Source: Cladosporium halotolerans
Lineage: Eukaryota
Direction of reading: 5' to 3'
DNA: 64,000 nucleotides
Assembly (NCBI RefSeq): GCF_011745625.1
Contig: NW_027191462.1
Span: forward strand, 248,001-312,000
The stretch's first letter is position 1; the number at the start of each line of letters is the position of its first letter. Below are positions 56,200-64,000 of the stretch, in pieces. The notes under the pieces were generated by a model. It did no database searches. It saw only the letters and a program-made list of their open reading frames with translations, and was not told the DNA's origin. Position numbers and translations under genes: made by a program.

Positions 56200-56997
56200 T
56201 TACATGCAAGCAGCGCCATCAATACCGATGACCTTGCCGTTGACCCACTCGCCGTCCTGGGAAGCGAGGAAGCCGACGACGCGGGCGATGTCGATGGGCT
56301 GGCCGACGCGCTGCATGGGCGACCAGGTCTTGGCGTACTCGTCGACCTCGTCGTCGGACAGCTTCTCGCCGCCGGGGATGTATTCGCGGCAGACCTGGTG
56401 GTACATGTCGGTCTTGATGCCGCCGGGGGCGACGCAGTTGACGGTGATCTTCTTGTCGCCGCAGTCGATGGCCATGCAGCGCACGAAGGTCTCGATGGCG
56501 CCCTTGGAGCCGGAGTAGACGGTGTGCTTGGGCACGCCCTTGGCCTGGCCGGTGATGGAGCCCATGAGGATGATGCGGCCGCCGACGCTGAGGTGCTTGT
56601 AGGCCTCGCGGGCGACGAAGAACTGGCCGCGGGTGTTGATGCGGAAGACGCGGTCGAACTCCTCCTCGGTGACGTCCTTGAGGTGGCCGAAGGAGACGAC
56701 GCCGGAGTTGGAGCAGACGATGTCGAGCTGGCCGAAGTGCTGGACGGCCTGGTCCATGAGCTTGCTGGTCTCGGCGACGTTGCCGACGTCGGCCTTGAGG
56801 GCGACGGCGTCTGTGCCCATCTTCTTGATCTCGTCGACGATCTTGTTGGCGGCGTCGGAGGAGTTGGCGTAGTTGACGACGACCTTGGCGCCGCGGCGGG
56901 CGAGCTCGATGGCCATGGCGGCACCGATGCCACGGCCGGAGCCGGTGACGAGGGCGACCTTGCCGTCAAGGCGGGAGGTGTCGACGGAGACAGACAT
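56200..56997 (-). CDS. THR1: 1,3,8-trihydroxynaphthalene reductase (DHN-melanin SDR; BRN1/BUF1)
   Basis: Intronless, 265 aa. Motifs: [50 protein letters not shown] and C-terminal IDGAACM. These are 3HNR-type residues rather than Ver-1. Confidence 0.93.
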   Translation of the reverse strand: MSVSVDTSRLDGKVALVTGSGRGIGAAMAIELARRGAKVVVNYANSSDAANKIVDEIKKMGTDAVALKADVGNVAETSKLMDQAVQHFGQLDIVCSNSGVVSFGHLKDVTEEEFDRVFRINTRGQFFVAREAYKHLSVGGRIILMGSITGQAKGVPKHTVYSGSKGAIETFVRCMAIDCGDKKITVNCVAPGGIKTDMYHQVCREYIPGGEKLSDDEVDEYAKTWSPMQRVGQPIDIARVVGFLASQDGEWVNGKVIGIDGAACM

Positions 56998-57125
56998 TGT
57001 GATGTGTGGTGGGGGTTGGAGGGGTCGGAGGGGTAGAGGTTGAGTTGATTTGAGAGATGTAGTTGTAGTGTTGGATGGGATGTGGATGAGAAGGGAGGTC
57101 AGGACAAACCGACGAAGGGATGGAT

Positions 57126-57133
57126 CTATATAG
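57126..57133 (-). promoter_or_regulatory. TATA-like element of THR1
   Basis: CTATATAG about 130 nt upstream of the ATG, followed on the minus strand by a pyrimidine/CA-rich leader. Confidence 0.5.
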
Positions 57134-58950
57134 GCTTCACACCGCAATGGACACGCTCGCGGTGGACAGCCCATGAGCTCTCGCTCGCGGGCTTGCTACA
57201 AAGCGCGAGGCCGCGAGGTCGTGGAGCCAAGCGTTGGAGCTCACATACAATGGACGACTGATGATACGTCGAAGCGGGCGCCGACCAGTGGCAGGGCTCA
57301 GCCTCCGCGCACGGCTCCACCCATGCCGCGACGTTTCCAACAGCACTCGCTGTCGCTGGCGGTGGTGAAGGCCGGTCGTGGTGGACGATGAGACGCGCTG
57401 GGCCTGGCGTGGGCGGGCGGCGAGGCAGCTCGGGCTTGGTGACAGAGCGAGGGCGAGCGGCGCAGCGAGTGAAGTCCACCGCGCACCCCTACGGCCGATC
57501 GCCCTCGGTGCGGGAGGCCGGCGGGCGGTGGGTTGCGTGCGGGTGCTGGCGTGTTGCTGCTACGGAGAGATCGATTTGGCTGCGCGCTGAGGCCGCCAGG
57601 CTGCCCGTGCGGCGTATTGCCGGCCAGCCTTAGCAGCGCAGTCCGGTGGGGAGCCCGCGGATCCACTGCCATTGGCCGCAGCCCGCGCTTTCGACCCCCA
57701 ACACTCCCTGTTCATGCTGCAATAGAAGACGTCTAGAGGTCATCCATTCGACGGCATCGACATATTCCTCTCTCACACCCTCTGCTATATGTCCTCTTCA
57801 CCGACACAATAACAACCACGCAGTCTCGCCCGCTCCTCGCACCTCCATTCACCGCCGGAGATGACTTGCGCGCCCGCCCTCGCGCTGCGGAGCTGAGCTG
57901 ACACCGGGCTGTGGGCTTCGCTGAGACAAGGCTGTGGGTACCTGTTGGATGTATCTGCCCTGCCCGCTCACTCTGCTATATTTATCTACATCCTCGGAAT
58001 GTCGTGTCAGCGGGCCAACGAGTCAGACAACAATCGAAACACCGTCAACGAAACGTTGGAGCGACGCGTCGTCGACGGCAATAGTAATCTCGTGCGACGC
58101 GCTCTAGTGGAGAATTATTTGTGATGATAATAGTCGGCGCTAGGTGTTAAGGCATCCATCGCTAGGGAGCCGTGCGCTGAGGCTATTTTGCTTCCGCCCG
58201 TGTTGTTATGCACGTGTAGGCGGAGGACTGCGGGCCTTTCGCCAAGTGCTGTATGCAGCTTCAATTGCGCACACCGCTACGCTCGCTGAGCGTATAGCAG
58301 GATAACGGGATTAGAGGTGCTTTAGTAGTCTGGCTATTGAGCGAATATGACAATCAGCGCAAGCAACAATCCAATGCTGCACCCAACAACGCACGTTGGG
58401 TCGTGAAGCCCGCCATTGCTATCGGAGAGCGACTTCGCATTCCCATGAAGCCATTCTCACGCAGATCGCAAACCCACAACACCGCTCCCAATCGCCAAAA
58501 TTCCAGAATTCCAAGAATTCCATCTCCCTAGCATTCTCCACCGCTCCTCGTGGCATCTGCAGAGATCGTCACAAGGATCCCTCTCGCTATAGCCAGGTCC
58601 CTCTCCGACTATAGCCTCCGGACCCTTTGTTCGTCCTGCAGAATAGGCCCGGCCTCGACCGGGTCACCGCTTCTCCGTTCGGATGGCCTCTCCATCGCTT
58701 GTCCGTTCGTCTGCAGCTGTGACCAGGAGTTCTGAGGAACAATGGGTCGTGAGCGGGCACACGATGGTCGTCCGACGGTGCTGGAGATGGGTATGGAGCA
58801 TTGGAGAGCCGGCGATTGTTTGGAAGGCTTCACAGCGCTGTGGACGGGATTTGAGCATGGTGCGATGCTGTGTCAAACACAGTGATGTATCCGAAGACAC
58901 TGGAAGGATGAGTAGGTCTCATGATTGTAGAGATGATTGTCTAAAACAGC

Positions 58951-58977
58951 AGGTAGGTAGGTAGGTAGGTAGGTAGG
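58951..58977. repeat. (AGGT)6 microsatellite
   Basis: Read directly from the sequence. Confidence 0.9.
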
Positions 58978-60171
58978 CGTACGCATCTATCTCGAGTAAT
59001 CCAATCCAATCCATTCGACGACCATTGCCTCCAACCAACCCTCATCCTGCAGTCGTTCAACGCTCATAGAGATGCTCACAATCACCCTGAACCGCACACC
59101 AACCCCAAACAAACCAACCAACCATCGCCGCAAAAGAAAAAAACCGGTATCACCAACCTCCTCACTCCCTCCCCTCCCCTCTCCGTTCCACCCAGCGGCT
59201 CTCCGCCATCCCCCTCACGCAACCGCGTAGCCGCACCCGTGCAGCCTCGTCCTCACAGGTGAAGTAGTAACAACAACGAACCGACCGTGCGGCCGGCAGT
59301 CAAAGGCACAATCCGCACAGCGCGCGCCAGCCGAACGGCCACTGATAGCTCCATCTCCGTCCGCGGCGACCCTCCAACGTCTCGTCCGTCCCCTCCCCCT
59401 CGAGCTTCCCCAAACCGTCGGCAGCGGAACGGGGAGATGCGTGTGTTTCGACCTACGGCCTATCCCCGTCCGTCCGCCCGTCGCTCTTCCCGTGTGCAGA
59501 ATGCGCAGAACGTGTAGATGTGGAAGTGTATGTGCATACACCTCTCTGTAGGTACCGACCGACATGCAAGCCCGCAGACCGCAAAGCCAAGCGCCACATC
59601 GACGACTCTTCCCGCATCGCCAACGATCCACAGAGCGAGCGCTCTACATACTATACTGTACGGCAGCCTAGCGAGGCGCCCCGCCCTCTCTGTCCCTTCC
59701 TGTACGCGAAACGGCCGCACCGGACCGGAAGAGCCGTGCGCGGGGACTGACTGACCGACCGATGATGGCCTACCAACGGCGTCCGGAGGGGGAAAGGCGC
59801 GGCTCCAAGTGGTCGAGAGGGAACGTTGTGGAAATGGGCCTGCCTGAAGGAAGAAAGGACAAGGAGGAGGGGGATTCCGGCCGGACGGAAGGACGGACGG
59901 ACCTGGCGGCGGTATCCTAGGGAGACGGGGTGGTTGACGTCGGATCGACATGGGGGGGAGGGGGGTTTGTGCGAGAGTTTCGTTCGGTCGGGAAGGGTGG
60001 ATGGAGGGGGTATTAAAGAGAGTGGGAGGGACGCTTGGGAGGTTTGTGTGAGTGTTCTGCGTTTCTCGTTTGTGCTTCTTGCTAGCTCGTTTGGTTGCTT
60101 GCTTGCTTCTATCTCTTCGTCCTGTCCGGCTCTGCTCTGCTATGCTCTTGTCCGCTCTGCGGCGCAGGGTG

Positions 60172-60200
60172 GGCAAGGCAAGGCAAGGCAAGGCAAGGCA
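60172..60200. repeat. (GGCAA)5-6 microsatellite
   Basis: Read directly from the sequence, downstream of CMR1. Confidence 0.9.
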
Positions 60201-60771
60201 GGCTATCATCCCATGTGCTGTTCATTCCATCCAAGAAAAAAAAGAGAACCACCCAAAAAAAAAAAAGCAGGTCAAAAACTCCCGATATTTGTTCCCCTCG
60301 TTGCCGGTCGTCCCGAAAGACATTACTGCATTAATCCATCTTTGATCGCGGAAGGAACGCAGCGCTCGTTGTACGCGGCAAGAATTGCAGCAGGAAGGTC
60401 AGAAGACGTGAGGCCGTTATTGTAAGGGAAATGAAGTGAAAAAGAAAGAAAGAAAAGAGAAATGGAAAGGGCTGCTTTGCTTGGCCCGGCGCAGTGAAGT
60501 GGCAATGGATTCGAGGAATCCGCCACGGATGTCTGGTCGACTGGAGCCATGGCTAGTGCCGTGGTTGAGGTAGTCGCTGCATCATGCGGTGTGGCACGGC
60601 TGACCTTGTGGCGGCCATACTGTAGAGCTGGGCGACCTCATGTCGCCTGGTCTGTCAGGTCGTGAAGAGGCGGTTCACGACCATGATCTGTAGTTGTTGT
60701 GGTAGTAGATGTGTAGATGACGAAAGCAGGTAAAGACCGTTACTCTCATGCACCACGTATGGTCAGACACT

Positions 60772-63719
60772 TCAGCCGCGAGCGAGCTTCTCCAGCTTGC
60801 TGCGGATGCCGTCCGAGAAGCGCGAAGACGCACCCTCGTCGATGACTTCAATGCAGTGCTGGAGAACCGGGAACGAGTGGTCGATGCCGACCTGCGAGCC
60901 ATCGCGCTTCGTCAGGCAAGGCGCCCCCTCGCGCTTGGTGAGGTAGCGGGTGATGAGTGGGTGGTCGGCGGGGAGGGCGTCGATGGCGAACGAGGGACCC
61001 TGCACGGGGTACATGCCGTTGGCGCCGTTGGCGATGTTGTTGCCGTTGTGGACGAGGCTGTCGGTCCACAGGACGAGGGAGGCGCGGTAGACGGCGGCAG
61101 CCCACCAGGGCGGGCGGATGCCGCGGGGCATGCTGCGGACGAGGCGCAGGACCTGACCGCAGTGGAAGACGGCCTCCTCGACGTCGGAGACGCATCGCTT
61201 GTGCAGCCAGACGAGCTGCTGCAGGCTGCCGTCGGTGTTCTCACGGCGCGCCAGGCGCTCGATTTCGGGGAAATTGGTGACGGCGTTGAGGCTGATGAGG
61301 TGGAAGAGCACGAGGTTGGTCTGCATCATGGCGCACATCGGGTTGGCCTTGAGGTAGCGCTCGGCGAGGTCGAACCAGCGCTGCAGGAGAGACTGCACTT
61401 CCTCGATGCGGGAACGAGTGGATGCCGCGGTGATTGCGCGGGTGCCGTTGTTGCGAGACGAGAGCGAGTCGGAGAAGCAGCTGAGGAGCTGGCTGTATTG
61501 GCAGACCAACGTTTGCAGAGGGTGCAAGAGCAGACGCATCTGCAGCGGTGTCATCTCAATTCCGAGAGGAATCATCTCGTCGTCGAGGAAGTGCCTGAAG
61601 AGGTCCTTCAACGACAAAGGCCTGGCGCCCGAGCCGACCGAGGAGAATCCACCGGAGAACTCGTGGACCTGCTCGAAGATGCTCGACCATTCAGAAGCAC
61701 TCTTCGCATGCCAGAGACGGTCCGCATCAGGCATCGGCGCGGTGAATTCAGTGACCGAGAAAAGAGGGGCAGTATCGTGGAACAAAGACAGGTCTTGGTC
61801 GACCATGACCCACGAGTAAACCAGCCTACTCCTGCTCTCGTTCTGGATCCATTCACTCCAAAGGTGGTCAGTGTTGCCACGGTGATCCGAAGACTGCGGC
61901 ATGGGAGGCTTGTTGTCTAGGACACCGGAGTGGCGAAGCATCGAAGAGTACATGCCACGCTGACCCATGGCAATGTCCATCTGCCACTTGTCGCCACTCC
62001 ATGCGGCCTGCACGGTGAAGAGCAAGGCGGAGTGGAGGACTATGGGGTCGCCAGACATAATAATGTTCTTCTCGATCAAGTCGAAAAGAGAGATGCGACA
62101 TGCCTCCGTGAGGCCACCAGTGAGCCACCTAGCCTCAGAGTCGGGAATGTTCATAGCACCCTGTGCGATCATCATTAGAACGAGCAAGCTGGCGGCGCGG
62201 TCATTATAGCAATGCATGAGCTCATTGGCGTCGAGGATGCCGCGAGATGTCAAAGGGTAATACCGCTCGAAGCAGTTGGCGTATGACCTAAGGAAGTACT
62301 CCAGAACACGAGCGGGTGGCAAGATAACAAAGTTAGATCCGCTGTTCGAGTTTGGCGTCATGCGACCGTTGGGAGGAGAGTACTGGCTGGAGTTGTCACG
62401 GTGGATGTCGAGGGCCTTGTGGAGAAAGCTTTGTGTAATGGCTAACAACTTGTCCCTGGTGCTTTCGTGCAGCTGCATCACAGTCAGGTGGTCGCCACCG
62501 GCAAAGTCAGCCTCGTCCCATCGAGGACTCCAGGTGCTCCAGCCTTCGTGGTTTCGAAGGCTCTGCTCCAGGCGTTCCAGGTTAAGCTTCGCAGTCTTGG
62601 GGCACGCACTTGACGGCACAGTTGGTGTGCATCGGAAAACCGACCATGCGTCTTGAGCAGCGATGATTGCGGCCATGTCATTTCTCTGATCCGGTACGGA
62701 TGTCGTCGACATCTGCCTGTGGGGGTTCATAATTGCTGCCGAGCTTCCGAGTTCCAGATCAGAGAACGCGCGTTCGACTTTGGGAGTCTCAATGGGGGTG
62801 ATCAGCGGTGCTTGCATCTCTGGCATCATGGGCATCATTCCGTCCGGGCCAGGAATCATATGCATAGCGGCGGGATCAAACTGCATGTCAGGGTTCATGA
62901 GCAACTCGGGCTGGACAACGTTGTTGACGCCGTCGAAGCCCAGAGGCATCTGCATCTGGCTCCAGTCGAGCATGAAACGGGGACTTGAGCCTGGGTCTGA
63001 GTCCTCAGCGCTCATCTGGTTAAACTCGTCGAATCCGGAAATGGGCGTTGACTGAATGAAACCATTCGGTCCTTGCGGCAAAGGCGGAGACATGTTGGTC
63101 TGTTCAGGGGGTGTAGGTCCGCTGGTATGACCCTCGATGTATTGTGAAGGTGGTCCGTCGACGGTGGGTGCAGTCTGTTTATCCTCTGGTATGCTGTTCA
63201 GATTGCTCTTTGGACTCGCAGGCTTAAGGACGGGAGGTGCCTGTGTAGGGCTGCCGTTGGGCATCTGCGTCTGTGTCTGTGTCTGGGTAGGAGCCTGGCC
63301 GTTCTCGCCCGACGGCACGTTGTGTGGAGGCATGGCGGTCAAGCCCTCTGGAGGGACGACTATTCCCATGCGTGTTGCATTCTTCGACGATCGTCTTGTG
63401 GGGCGGAGTGTGCACTTGAGGTTTCGGCCGGCACATCTCGAGCAAGGAAACTTCTTATCGCACTTGGTCTTTGTTTTGGCGCAATTACTGCAGGCGATGG
63501 GTGTGCGGCCTGCTGATTTGGGGATCATGCCATTGACGGCGGGGATCTCTTGTTGGTTCTGGTCACGTCCGTGGACGGTGTAGTGTCGTTGCAGAAGGTC
63601 CCTGGAGACGTTATTAGCCTACCATACACAGAATCAATCGATCGGATCGATCAAGACGACGAACCTCCTGGCGAAGGACATGTGACAAGTGAAGCATTTG
63701 AACGGTTTGACATTTGTAT
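60772..63719 (-). CDS. CMR1: Melanin regulator Cmr1/Amr1/Pig1/Zmr1 (C2H2 plus Zn2Cys6), 5' exon outside the window
   Basis: Exon 63719-63665, intron 63664-63602 and exon 63601-60772 give TNVKPFKCFTCHMSFARRDLLQRHYTVH...RTPIACSNCAKTKTKCDKKFPCSRC. Adjacent to THR1. Confidence 0.95.
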
Positions 63720-64000
63720 CTGTTGGACATCGGTCAGTATTCGTCTGAACGATCGACAGGACGATCTGTTGGGGACGAACGTGTCAGGATGTGACGCTCG
63801 AGGTGCTCGTCCCTGGTGAAGGACTGGCCGCAGTAGGTGCAGAAGACCATGGTGCCGGGCGATCGTCTGTCGACGAAGCAAGTCGATGTGGTCGAGGGAC
63901 AGGCCGGCAATGGAAGGGAGGACGGGGCGTGTACGCAGGACGTTCAGGTGGCAGCGAAGCGAGGGGGAGCCGGGGAGGGTGAGGGCAATAAGACACGGCA

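Noticed and set aside
56200..56997. Ver-1/aflM (aflatoxin or dothistromin) assignment for the SDR
   Set aside because: MGSITGQ, DMYH.VC and GAACM are 3HNR-type residues, and the gene neighbours CMR1.

Overview
Eukaryotic, intron-containing, GC-rich DNA from a filamentous ascomycete, most likely a Dothideomycete (inferred from the THR1-CMR1 melanin gene pair and protein styles). About 26 protein-coding genes are supported. Most are housekeeping: acrB, SEC14, proline iminopeptidase, arylsulfatase, TRP/Yvc1-like channel, DUF1275, GH5 mannanase, two transcription factors, MIC26, OCT1, OXR1, AMO1/NUP42, GPI1, FMP25, COG3 and a J-protein. The right end holds part of the DHN-melanin cluster (THR1/BRN1 and a 5'-truncated CMR1). 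An accessory-looking block at about 17.6-27.1 kb carries intronless, bacterial-type genes: a protealysin-like M4 protease with a doubled propeptide and heptad repeats, a CYTH-like protein and a secreted cyanophycinase-like S51 peptidase. The least explained signals are (i) recurrent C-rich-to-G-rich strand-skew switch points that ignore gene orientation and alter protein composition, (ii) a 305-nt highly structured, pseudoknot-capable intron in AMO1, and (iii) a spliced 92-aa membrane microprotein gene ending 65 nt before GPI1, a candidate bicistron. No tRNA, rRNA, CRISPR array or transposon was recognised. Gene models were read by eye from GT-AG boundaries and no database searches were run.
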